From: Telmatocola sphagniphila
Lineage (GTDB): Bacteria > Planctomycetota > Planctomycetia > Gemmatales > Gemmataceae
Reading direction: 5' to 3'
Assembly: GCF_018398935.1 (NCBI RefSeq)
Contig: NZ_CP074694.1
Location: 1,208,846-1,272,845, forward strand
DNA: 64,000 nt
Positions 19,551 to 28,441 of this stretch are shown here, one piece after another (the stretch's first letter is position 1; every line of letters begins with the position of its first letter). A model generated the notes under the pieces. It had not been told where the DNA came from and ran no database searches. It saw nothing but the letters and a program-made list of their open reading frames with translations. A program made the translations under genes and the position numbers.

Positions 19551-21152
19551 GTGTTTTCAGTTCGAATTGGCTTCCTGGCTGCGATCCCGTTACTGACCGC
19601 ACTGCTTTGGTTCGTGCTGCCAGCGGATTTGAGATCGGAGAAGGGGATCTTTCTGACTTCCGGTCTAGCATCCATACTCATTCTTGCGTGCGGGCTCTTT
19701 TTGACCCGAACCGTAGAAACCTTTCGAACCTGGGTACAGAACGACGTTCTGAATGTTCCTGAAAAGAAAAGAGACCCGTTATTCGGTCCAGCGAAACTCC
19801 GTTACTTGGATTTAGTCCGAGATCGGGACCAGGCTTTGCAGGAGCGCCAGGTTGTTCTTGATGCTGTGGATTCCCATCTGATAGCCTTGAACCTTTTGAT
19901 GGGGGTGAAACAAAGCGCTGCACGAGGTCTGGATTCGCTGCCTGGGAGCTTGACCGAACTTCGTAACTTGCTTCAGACCCTGCGTTCCCGAATGCAGGTA
20001 AATCAGTCGCTGCTCCAGGGAATTCCCGTTCCAGTAGTCGTAACCGATGATCAAGGGCGGCTTTTATCGATGAACCAGCTGGGCGAAAAGTGTCTGGCAC
20101 TCAATCCCGGAAACATGGCCGCACGCAATATCGATGAATTCCTTGTGATGCCGAACGGAAAAGCGTCGGCTTTGGCTCGTTCGGAGGTACATACGGATCT
20201 TGCAGAACTTTCTCTTTCGGGTCAGAAGAAACCGATTCGGTTTTTCCACGGCAAAGTGCCCCACCCCGAGCGTAAAAATTTGTCGTGCTGGGTGATCACC
20301 GATCGTTCTCAGGAATTGGCCGAAAAAGATTCGATGGTTTCTAATGCGGCCAAGGAAGCCCGGCTTAGCACTCTTCAGCAGTTGATCCGAGATAACCTGG
20401 TGGCTGAACTTCCTCTGGCCGAGACACTTCAAGCGAAATGTCGATTAGCGCTCGGGGAAGTCAAACAGTCGGCTGATAAGAGCCAGTTGATTTCGCGGAT
20501 CGGCGGAATCCGGCAGGACCTGGATCAGTGGATGGGCCGTTTGCGACTCTGGGAGTCGCTCTATCGAGTCGAGTGGACGGAGTTGGATAGTCTTGATTTG
20601 AACGAAATCACCGCGGAGGAGGTTCTTCAGGATTCCATTCGTTCGCTTTCCAGCCTTACTAGCGCTAAACGAGTTACGATTCAAGTAGCGAATAAAGGCG
20701 CTGGTTGGCTCTGTGCCGACAGCTCCGGATTGTTCAACGCGCTTCGCGGCCTGCTTGAGTTTGCCATTCGGGCCAGCAGTGGTGAACGCGTGGAAGTGCG
20801 GGTAGATAAGCTTCCCGGGACTGCAGAATTGTCCGAGGGTTGGGTGGTTTATGAAGTTTTGGGAGAGTGGAAGAAAGATTGGCTGCCAGCCATTGCGGAT
20901 GGGGAATTCGATTGGGAATCGTTGCTAGTGGAGCAACCGGGAAGGGAAGCCTTACTCGGCTATCTGGTGGCAGCTAGAGTTTCCCGCACACTGAATGGCT
21001 TCCTACGAGCGGAGGAGTCCCCAGACGGCCGGAGAATTTTCGGTCTGTATGTCCCGACCCGACTGCCCGAGCAGAAAGTGGTGCAAGCAGGCTTGGAAAT
21101 CGGCCCGATCGAGGAGCTCTGTTTGGGTTGGAAGTTAGGTATGGCTGTTTGA
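19551..21152 (+). CDS. Membrane sensor protein: 2 TM, a PAS-like domain, and a degenerate histidine-kinase-like ATPase domain
   Basis: 533 aa with a GTG start. Two N-terminal TM helices. PAS-like stretch PVVVTDDQGRLLSMNQLGEKCLALNPGN.... C-terminal GHKL-like N-box (SSGLFNALRGLLEFAIRAS) with no recognisable H-box. Confidence 0.5.
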   Translation: MFSVRIGFLAAIPLLTALLWFVLPADLRSEKGIFLTSGLASILILACGLFLTRTVETFRTWVQNDVLNVPEKKRDPLFGPAKLRYLDLVRDRDQALQERQVVLDAVDSHLIALNLLMGVKQSAARGLDSLPGSLTELRNLLQTLRSRMQVNQSLLQGIPVPVVVTDDQGRLLSMNQLGEKCLALNPGNMAARNIDEFLVMPNGKASALARSEVHTDLAELSLSGQKKPIRFFHGKVPHPERKNLSCWVITDRSQELAEKDSMVSNAAKEARLSTLQQLIRDNLVAELPLAETLQAKCRLALGEVKQSADKSQLISRIGGIRQDLDQWMGRLRLWESLYRVEWTELDSLDLNEITAEEVLQDSIRSLSSLTSAKRVTIQVANKGAGWLCADSSGLFNALRGLLEFAIRASSGERVEVRVDKLPGTAELSEGWVVYEVLGEWKKDWLPAIADGEFDWESLLVEQPGREALLGYLVAARVSRTLNGFLRAEESPDGRRIFGLYVPTRLPEQKVVQAGLEIGPIEELCLGWKLGMAV

Positions 21153-21245
21153 ATTTGGATGCATTAGGCGTTTCGACGGCGTGTAAAGAGTGTTTCCGAT
21201 TCGGCTAAATGAGTTACTGGCGCGGTAACACCAAGGATAGATGCT

Positions 21246-22766
21246 ATGAAAAGAATTAAATTGCAGCCGCTGGGTGAAGATTTGGTCATGCAGACCGGCA
21301 CCACGGTGCTCTCTACTCTGTTAGCTAAGCAACTCAACGTCAAAATGTCCTGCGGTGGGCGCGGCCTTTGCGCGACCTGTCGCGTGACCGTGGAGAAGGG
21401 GGGCGATAGTCTCTCCCCCATGGAAAACCGCGAAAAGAAAACGCTGTCGCTCGTACAGGGCAGTACGCCTTCCTGCCGGCTGGCCTGTCAATCCCGAATT
21501 TACGGTGACGGCGTCGTCGTGCAGTTACCCAAGGGTATGTACATCGAAAAGGCGGAAGACCTTCTGAGCTTGTTGGGCACTCGCGCTCCCGAGAATATAC
21601 TCCACCCGATCTTCGGTAACGTGCTTATCCCCAAAGACAAAATCATCACTCGTACGCTTTTCGAACAAACCAAACTTCTTGAAAAAGAAGTCGAAAGAGT
21701 CCGAAATGCAAAAACGGGCGGGGGCGATTCCGAAAGTCAGCTGAACTCCTCGACGATTGGCAACGGCCGATTCCTGGCCACCGGTTCGGGTATTGCTCCC
21801 GCCTCGATGCAGGATACATTCTCTTCGACGGTGCTGCGGGCAACCAGTATCAACCCGATCAAAACCAAACCGAGTTATCTCAGCCCGAATATCCCACTCC
21901 CTCCGTCGACTAATCCGCGCAAGTTGGAACCAGGAGTTCAGATCGGCAAATTCCTTCTGATCGAGCAGATCGGGCGCGGAGCATCCGGTCTGGTTTTCCG
22001 AGCTTCCAACTTGAAATTGAAGTCCATGGTGGCATTGAAGTTTCTGCATCCGGATGCCCAGCACGATCGCGAAGCCCGCATCGAGAGATTTCGCAATGAA
22101 GCTCATTTGCTGGCCCAGATCAATCACCCCAACATCGTGCGCGTGCTCGACTTTGAAGATAATCCGATCCTGCCATTCGTGGTGATGGAATACGTTGAAG
22201 GATTGAGCGGCTTGGATCTGCTGAAACAAAATCGGGTTTTACCCGTGGACCGCGCATCGAATATCGTTCTACAAGCGGCCAAGGGGTTGCAGGCGGCTCA
22301 CAAGCTGGGGATCATCCATCGCGACGTCAAACCCGGGAACCTGTTAGTTTCACGGGACGATACTACACGCATCCTGGATTTAGGGCTGGCATTGAAAATT
22401 GAAGGGGATGGCGAGAACCCTTCTGCCTCAGGCGAAGGTACCGCGGCCTACATGCCGCCCGAACAGCTCATAGATGGTTCCCAGATCGATCATCGATCCG
22501 ATATCTACTCCCTGGGAGTGACCTTCTATCATCTGATCACAGGTAAGTTGCCTTATACCGCTGCCAGCCGCAAAGAGATGTTTATGGAACATATGAGTTC
22601 CAATCCTCCGAAACCGTCCAAGGTCCGGCCGGAGATCCCCAACGATTTGTCCAACTTTATTCTGGAAATGATGCACATGGATTTGGAAAATCGGCCCCAA
22701 TCCTACGATTCGGTCATTGAACGACTGACCGAATACGCCACGGATAATCAGTTGGTGACAGCCTGA
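21246..22766 (+). CDS. Fusion protein: N-terminal adrenodoxin-type [2Fe-2S] ferredoxin domain plus C-terminal Hanks-type Ser/Thr protein kinase
   Basis: N-terminus MSCGGRGLCATC...(35 aa)...CRLAC is a C-x5-C-x2-C-x35-C ferredoxin pattern. Kinase motifs: GRGASGLVF, VALKFL, HRDVKPGNLLV, DLGLA, GTAAYMPPEQ. Confidence 0.8.
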   Translation: MKRIKLQPLGEDLVMQTGTTVLSTLLAKQLNVKMSCGGRGLCATCRVTVEKGGDSLSPMENREKKTLSLVQGSTPSCRLACQSRIYGDGVVVQLPKGMYIEKAEDLLSLLGTRAPENILHPIFGNVLIPKDKIITRTLFEQTKLLEKEVERVRNAKTGGGDSESQLNSSTIGNGRFLATGSGIAPASMQDTFSSTVLRATSINPIKTKPSYLSPNIPLPPSTNPRKLEPGVQIGKFLLIEQIGRGASGLVFRASNLKLKSMVALKFLHPDAQHDREARIERFRNEAHLLAQINHPNIVRVLDFEDNPILPFVVMEYVEGLSGLDLLKQNRVLPVDRASNIVLQAAKGLQAAHKLGIIHRDVKPGNLLVSRDDTTRILDLGLALKIEGDGENPSASGEGTAAYMPPEQLIDGSQIDHRSDIYSLGVTFYHLITGKLPYTAASRKEMFMEHMSSNPPKPSKVRPEIPNDLSNFILEMMHMDLENRPQSYDSVIERLTEYATDNQLVTA

Positions 22767-22772
22767 ACCGAA

Positions 22773-23942
22773 CTAACGCTTGCCCAGCGATCGAATATCG
22801 AAATCCGCATCGTTCAGATGATTGCAGCGAAAATTCGAGAAGAGCATCGACTCGGCGTTTCGGCCGCCATTTTCCACGATGATGATTACGACCGGCAGAT
22901 TTAAGCTGGGGCTGCCTTCATCAACATCGAAATAGTACTGTCGCTTGCCTCCCTTGGGCAATTCCTTATCCCCGGGGGGCACATGTTCTTCAATCAGGCG
23001 TAATGGCCCTTTGTGATCGTTTCGTTCGGTCATCCCCTTGTCGTGCAGTCTCGAAGCGAATGTCTGCTGATTCCACAAGGAGAGCAAATGACGCACGACG
23101 TACCCTGGTCCCGCATCCCGAATATCGTGTTTGGAGCGACTCTTGAGAGTCGGATCGTCCGGAGGCATGCTCACTTGTTGAGGGCCTAATAAGGGAATGT
23201 CTCCCTTGGCCGTCAGCATTTGAATTTTGCCTTCGTATTTATTGGACACATACAGGATGTCGCGACCTTGAAACTGCTCGCCAATCCAGGTCATGTGAAC
23301 GGAATATGGGCTTTGCTTATGGCGAAAGCGAACGACCTCGGTCGGTTGCTGGACGCCCTCCTTGATATCTCGCATGATCATCTTCGATTCGAGAGTATCG
23401 ATCGACTTCAACCGATGGGAGGCGCTCGTCAGAAGAGTACCGATGTCGTTGACCGCGGGCTCAGTAGCACGAGGCAAATCGACGGAGCTGGCTCGTGCAA
23501 TCGGCTTGGTTTCGAGACTATCGTTATTGCTTTGAGGACCCAGTTTGGGAACTTGGGGAGTTGTTGGTGCGGGATCCTGCAGGGTCGGCAATATCGGAGC
23601 CGGGCTAGATGTCGCCGGGGCCGGGCTTGATGCCGTGGGAACTGCCGGGGATGTCAGGCCAGGAGTGGTATCTGCAGGTGTGTTGAGGGGTTTCGGTAAG
23701 GGAGGAAGATTCTTATTAGCAGTTGGCGTTGTAGCCGCATTTGCATTCGCCTGAGGGGGTGTCGCCGTTGGATCGGGTGCTTTCCGAGGATCCGGCAACG
23801 GTTTGTAGGTATCCAAAGGCGTGGCGGGTGTCGAACTGATCGCGCTTCGTTTCGGAGAGGAAAAGCATCCGATAGGGAAAACGATTGTCGTTAAAACGAA
23901 GGTGAAGCAGATCCAGCGAGCCAGTCGATTTTTGCCATGCAT
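22773..23942 (-). CDS. Hypothetical exported (lipoprotein-like) protein with a Pro/Thr/Ala-rich low-complexity linker
   Basis: N-terminal hydrophobic segment ending in ...FPIGCFSS, which could be a lipobox. About 120 aa of P/T/A-rich repeats (TPPQANANAATTPTANKNLPPLPKPLNTPADTTPGL...). Globular C-terminal domain. Confidence 0.5.
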   Translation of the reverse strand: MHGKNRLARWICFTFVLTTIVFPIGCFSSPKRSAISSTPATPLDTYKPLPDPRKAPDPTATPPQANANAATTPTANKNLPPLPKPLNTPADTTPGLTSPAVPTASSPAPATSSPAPILPTLQDPAPTTPQVPKLGPQSNNDSLETKPIARASSVDLPRATEPAVNDIGTLLTSASHRLKSIDTLESKMIMRDIKEGVQQPTEVVRFRHKQSPYSVHMTWIGEQFQGRDILYVSNKYEGKIQMLTAKGDIPLLGPQQVSMPPDDPTLKSRSKHDIRDAGPGYVVRHLLSLWNQQTFASRLHDKGMTERNDHKGPLRLIEEHVPPGDKELPKGGKRQYYFDVDEGSPSLNLPVVIIIVENGGRNAESMLFSNFRCNHLNDADFDIRSLGKR

Positions 23943-24083
23943 AATGGCCGCATCCTTGCGATTGAAAGAGCCGACACTTCGGCATTACAGGATGCGAACT
24001 TTAAACAATTTTTACTGAAACGCAATAGCGTTTTTAAAGTGCGGGATGCTGCCCGGAACTTCGGGCAGAATGTGGAAGCTGGG

Positions 24084-24752
24084 CTACTCGAGTTCTTCCG
24101 CTCGAATTCGGCCGAGTTGTTCCGTTGCTAATTTAGGGCCTTTGGGAGAACCAAAAATCGCTGTGCCCGCGACCAGAACATCGGCTCCGTGTCGAACGCA
24201 CACCGGTGCGGTTTGAAGATCGACGCCCCCATCCACTTCGAGTTCACAGCGAGGATTCAGTTTTTCGATGAGCTCTCGGAGTTTCTGGATTCGCTCCGGA
24301 CTTTCCGGCAGGAATGACTGTCCTCCAAAACCCGGCCACACGGTCATGCACAGCGCCAGATCAATATCGGTGATGTAATCCTTCAGGACATCAACGGAAG
24401 TCCCGGGATTGATCGCCAGACCCACTTTTCGACCTCGGCCGCGGATCTCTTGGATCAGCGGCAGAGGATCCGAGACAACTTCAAAGTGGACGATTAAAGT
24501 ATCTGCGCCGGCTTGTAGAAAGGAATCCACGAATCGGGAAGGATTATCGACCATCAGATGCACTTCCAGTGGAAGCTTGGTGATCGGGCGCAGCCCTTTC
24601 ACTACCACCGGACCCATACTCAGATTCGGAACGAAGTGGCCATCCATGACGTCGACGTGAATTCGGTTTGCTCCTCCCAGGTCGACCTGATGAACGAGTT
24701 CACCCAACTTGGAAAAATCAGCCGCCAAGATGGATGGAGCAATGGAAATCAT
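24084..24752 (-). CDS. rpe: Ribulose-phosphate 3-epimerase
   Basis: MISIAPSILAADFSKLGE...HVDVMDGHFVPNLSMGP is the canonical Rpe sequence. Confidence 0.9.
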   Translation of the reverse strand: MISIAPSILAADFSKLGELVHQVDLGGANRIHVDVMDGHFVPNLSMGPVVVKGLRPITKLPLEVHLMVDNPSRFVDSFLQAGADTLIVHFEVVSDPLPLIQEIRGRGRKVGLAINPGTSVDVLKDYITDIDLALCMTVWPGFGGQSFLPESPERIQKLRELIEKLNPRCELEVDGGVDLQTAPVCVRHGADVLVAGTAIFGSPKGPKLATEQLGRIRAEELE

Positions 24753-26035
24753 ACCGTAACCTCAACAACTTCGGGGGGCACCGTTTGTTTTACAGGATGA
24801 GGCGTTACGGCACTACGCAAAATCCGAACGAGGCCGATACTCAGCATGGCCACACCAGCAGACATAAATCCCACGGTGCCGTAGCCAATCAGTTCTTTCG
24901 TTGGGCCATCCGTTATGAATTGTCCGGAAACTACCGAGGCCAGACCCATTGTCATATGCTGCACGGCGGAATTCAAGCTCATGAAGGCCCCCCGTTCGTG
25001 CGGTTTAGCTACTCCGGTAATCAGCGCCTGGGCTGGCACCATTCGACCCGAAGTGAAGATCATGAAACAAGTGGTCACCAGGAAGATGGTGAACATGCCG
25101 ACTTCGGGAAGATGAGTCAGAATCAGGCTCATGATGGCCGCACAAACTGCTACGACATAGAAGACTTGCTTCTTACCGATTTTGTCGGAGAGCCGGCCAA
25201 TGATATTCGTAGTAAACAGGGTGCAGCATCCCGCGATCAGATAGACGTACTTCACCTGTTCTGGCGGCCGTTTGACGTTGTTCACCATGTAATCTGCGAG
25301 GAAAGGAATCACCAAAAATCCGCCCCCCACCACGGTAGCGCTAAACAGAAACGCTAGAAGGTAGTATTTGTTGCAGATCACATGACCGAACTGAATGAAC
25401 GGATCAATTTTACCGGGAATGATATGGCCGCGCAGACTAGGAAACTTGACCATAACCAGGCAAGTCAAGAGTAGCACCAGGACAGCCAGGGTGAGGAAAG
25501 GCGCCCCCATCCCAAATTCTTCCGATAGTTTGAGTCCAGTCGGGATGCCAATTACCGAAGCTGCGGCAAATCCCGACATAATAATCCCCATTGCGGTACC
25601 ACGCCTGGCATCGGCAAATAAGTCCCCGATGATTGTCATGACACATGAACCAAGTACTCCGCCGAAAGCCCCAGCGGCAATTCGTGAGGCCAGCATTCGG
25701 CTATAGGTATCGGATAATCCGCACGCGGCGGTGCTTAGACTGAAGCCGAGCAAAAGTGTTACTAGAACAGCTTTTCGATCAAATCGGTCGATGATCGAGG
25801 CCGAAAGTATCGCCGCGATCGCAGCCGATACTCCGTACGCGGCTACCAGTTGGCTAAATTCCCCGGAGAGAATGTCAAACCGGACTTTGATCGTGGGAGC
25901 GAGAGGAATCATCAACACGAAGTCGATGATGTTCGCAAACTGAATTCCGGCCAATATTAAGAGAATTAGCCACTCGCCGCGGCTAAATTTAATCGACTTT
26001 GAAGACTGCATGAAGTGCCCAACGCTTTTTTTCAA
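24749..26035 (-). CDS. MFS transporter
   Basis: 428 aa with about 12 predicted TM helices and MFS-like loop motifs. Overlaps the rpe start by 4 bp. Confidence 0.8.
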   Translation of the reverse strand: MKKSVGHFMQSSKSIKFSRGEWLILLILAGIQFANIIDFVLMIPLAPTIKVRFDILSGEFSQLVAAYGVSAAIAAILSASIIDRFDRKAVLVTLLLGFSLSTAACGLSDTYSRMLASRIAAGAFGGVLGSCVMTIIGDLFADARRGTAMGIIMSGFAAASVIGIPTGLKLSEEFGMGAPFLTLAVLVLLLTCLVMVKFPSLRGHIIPGKIDPFIQFGHVICNKYYLLAFLFSATVVGGGFLVIPFLADYMVNNVKRPPEQVKYVYLIAGCCTLFTTNIIGRLSDKIGKKQVFYVVAVCAAIMSLILTHLPEVGMFTIFLVTTCFMIFTSGRMVPAQALITGVAKPHERGAFMSLNSAVQHMTMGLASVVSGQFITDGPTKELIGYGTVGFMSAGVAMLSIGLVRILRSAVTPHPVKQTVPPEVVEVTV

Positions 26036-26200
26036 ACTCTAATCGTAGTACCCATCATAGAGAGTGATCTTTCAGTTCGTCCAAATGTTCAGGCACTTCT
26101 GAAAAAAAACTTTTCCGCTTTCGACCGGAACTGCCAATACCTTGAAATCGGTTAGCCAATTTAGCGACAATAGGGTATATCTTCGACTAGGCGGAATTTT

Positions 26201-28441
26201 ATGCTGCGACTGCTATTCCCGGTGGGACTGGTTATATCCCTTCTCGCGGCCATTCCCGCTTTGGTTTTACTGATTCTCGACGTGAGCGGACGCGAAGCGG
26301 AAACCAATGCCTGGCTCGAACAGAAAATTGGCGTCAGTCATCATTTTGCTTTATCGGATTGGGCCGCTTTTTTTCTAATTTCCCTTCCATTTTTGATTCT
26401 GATTTTCTATTTCCTGAAGCTGAAAAGAAATAGCTATCCAATTTCGAGTACGTTTCTTTGGAAAAAATCTGTTGAGGATCTGCATGTTAATCGCCTGTTG
26501 CAATGGCTGCGCCGAAATGTACTCCTGCTCCTGCAAATTTTGATCTCCCTTTTGCTGATTCTGGCCATTATGGGGCCGAGGCTTCACGGCATGGTCGGCG
26601 GAAACCGACACTACATCCTGATGGTCGATAATTCGGCCAGCATGAGTGCGACTGATATTCAACCGAATCGACTGGAGTGGGCGAAAAGAGAAGCTTTGAA
26701 GGAAATAGACGCTTCTACCGATGGTGATTTCGGGATGGTTATCGTTTTCAACGCCACCGCGGAGATTCGGCAGAGTTATACCTCAAATAGAACCCTCCTT
26801 CGAGCAGCGGTTGAGGCCATTCAGCCCACCCAGTGCCCAACGAAATTAGAGGAAGCCCTCAGTCTGGCCGAGAGTCTCGCAAATCCCGCCCGATCCACCG
26901 AAAATGAAGCAGTGCGGCCCGATAATCCAGAAAAAGGAAAGGAGCGGACGTACGCCGTTGTTGAGGGCATCGACACCCAGGTTCACCTTTTTTCAGATGG
27001 GCGTTTCGCCGATATCACCGATTTCTCGCTTGCTAATCTTCAGATGCAGTTGCATGTGCCTGAACATTCCCCGATTGGATCGGGGGATAATATCGGTATC
27101 ACGCGTTTCGATGTGCTTCGCTCCGAACTCGATCCCACCAAGATACAGGTCTTCCTGCGAGTCAACAATTTTCGCAATAAAGCGGCCAATGTATCGGTAT
27201 CTGTGGATGTGCTCGCGGAAGGCAAAAGATTGATGAATTCCCGTCAGCGTACGATCAATCTTCCCCCCCGGAAGTTAATTCCTCCTGAAGAAGAGGGGAA
27301 ACAGGCAAAAGATATTCCCGGAGAGTCCACGTTAGAGTTGGAGTTTTCGAACATCGCCGAGAATGCCGATATCGTACTTCATGCGAAGTTGAACGACTGC
27401 AAAGATAGTTTTCCACTCGATGACGAGGCTTGGCTGGTCCTCGGAGTGGTTCGGAAGGCGAAAATATTGATCGCAGGACCCGGTAATCAGGTACTGCAAT
27501 ACTTCTTTGAGAGTAACGCTGTCAAAAAGCTGGCGGATGTCACATTTATCACACCCGCCCAGCTAAAGGATTCCGCCTCTTATCTCGATCCCGCCCTCAG
27601 TGGCGTCTACGATCTGGTCATTTTTGATCGATGTGCTCCTTCGACTGAAAACGAGATGCCCCGAGCGCACACTCTGTTCATCGGCTATCCGCCGCCGCCC
27701 TGGAAAATCGATGGCAAAGGGGAGGATCGCCTGCTGGTGGAAAAAATCGAATTTCCTCAGGTGCGCGGTTGGAACGACCAGCATCCGGTGATGCGGGGCA
27801 TTACCGGTTGGCATGAAATGGAATTGGCTGAGGCGTTGAGATTCGAAAAACTCCCTCCTAAAACGCCTGTTTTGATAGAGGGGGATCGCGAACTGGCTCT
27901 ACTCTTCGCATTGTCTCGGGGATCTTACACCGATCTGGTTATGGCTTTTCCCCTGGAAACGCTCGATGGCAAGTGGAATACCCGTTGGTTTTTAAAGCCG
28001 GGATTTCCTCTGTTTTTCAGGAATCTCCTCTTGTTTATGGGTAACGTCCGGGATGCCAGCAGCGAAGAGACTATTAAGCCCGGTCAGGTGAAACTGATTC
28101 GACCAGGTGGTGGTGTTGCAGAAATTCAGGTGAAATCGCCTAAGGGAGAAATTGTTCGACTCGAGCGGGGCAATCGCAGTGATTTCAACTTCGGCAACAC
28201 AGTAGAGCAGGGGGTTTACGAAATCACCTGGAAAGACCAGATTCGTCGCTTTGCAGTGAATCTTTTCGATCTGAACGAGAGCAATATCGAACCCCGGGAT
28301 GCCATCCGAATTGGATCCGAGGACATCGCAGCTGGAGAAGCGCGCAAGCAACCCCGCGAACTTTGGCGCTGGGCGTTGCTGATAGGATTCGGCTTCGTGC
28401 TGATCGAATGGTTCATCTACAACAAGCGAATTGCTCTTTAG
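26201..28441 (+). CDS. BatA-like N-terminal double-transmembrane / von Willebrand factor A domain protein
   Basis: N-terminus LKLKRNSYPISSTFLWKKS between two TM helices is typical of the BatA / TIGR02226 N-terminus. VWA domain HYILMVDNSASMSATD with a MIDAS-like DxSxS. Long C-terminal region and a C-terminal TM. Confidence 0.75.
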   Translation: MLRLLFPVGLVISLLAAIPALVLLILDVSGREAETNAWLEQKIGVSHHFALSDWAAFFLISLPFLILIFYFLKLKRNSYPISSTFLWKKSVEDLHVNRLLQWLRRNVLLLLQILISLLLILAIMGPRLHGMVGGNRHYILMVDNSASMSATDIQPNRLEWAKREALKEIDASTDGDFGMVIVFNATAEIRQSYTSNRTLLRAAVEAIQPTQCPTKLEEALSLAESLANPARSTENEAVRPDNPEKGKERTYAVVEGIDTQVHLFSDGRFADITDFSLANLQMQLHVPEHSPIGSGDNIGITRFDVLRSELDPTKIQVFLRVNNFRNKAANVSVSVDVLAEGKRLMNSRQRTINLPPRKLIPPEEEGKQAKDIPGESTLELEFSNIAENADIVLHAKLNDCKDSFPLDDEAWLVLGVVRKAKILIAGPGNQVLQYFFESNAVKKLADVTFITPAQLKDSASYLDPALSGVYDLVIFDRCAPSTENEMPRAHTLFIGYPPPPWKIDGKGEDRLLVEKIEFPQVRGWNDQHPVMRGITGWHEMELAEALRFEKLPPKTPVLIEGDRELALLFALSRGSYTDLVMAFPLETLDGKWNTRWFLKPGFPLFFRNLLLFMGNVRDASSEETIKPGQVKLIRPGGGVAEIQVKSPKGEIVRLERGNRSDFNFGNTVEQGVYEITWKDQIRRFAVNLFDLNESNIEPRDAIRIGSEDIAAGEARKQPRELWRWALLIGFGFVLIEWFIYNKRIAL

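Noticed and set aside
23500-23760. Apparent DNA-level repeats in the 23.5-23.8 kb region
   Set aside because: They are explained by the Pro/Thr/Ala-rich low-complexity coding sequence of the 22773..23942 gene. This is not a CRISPR or tandem-repeat locus.
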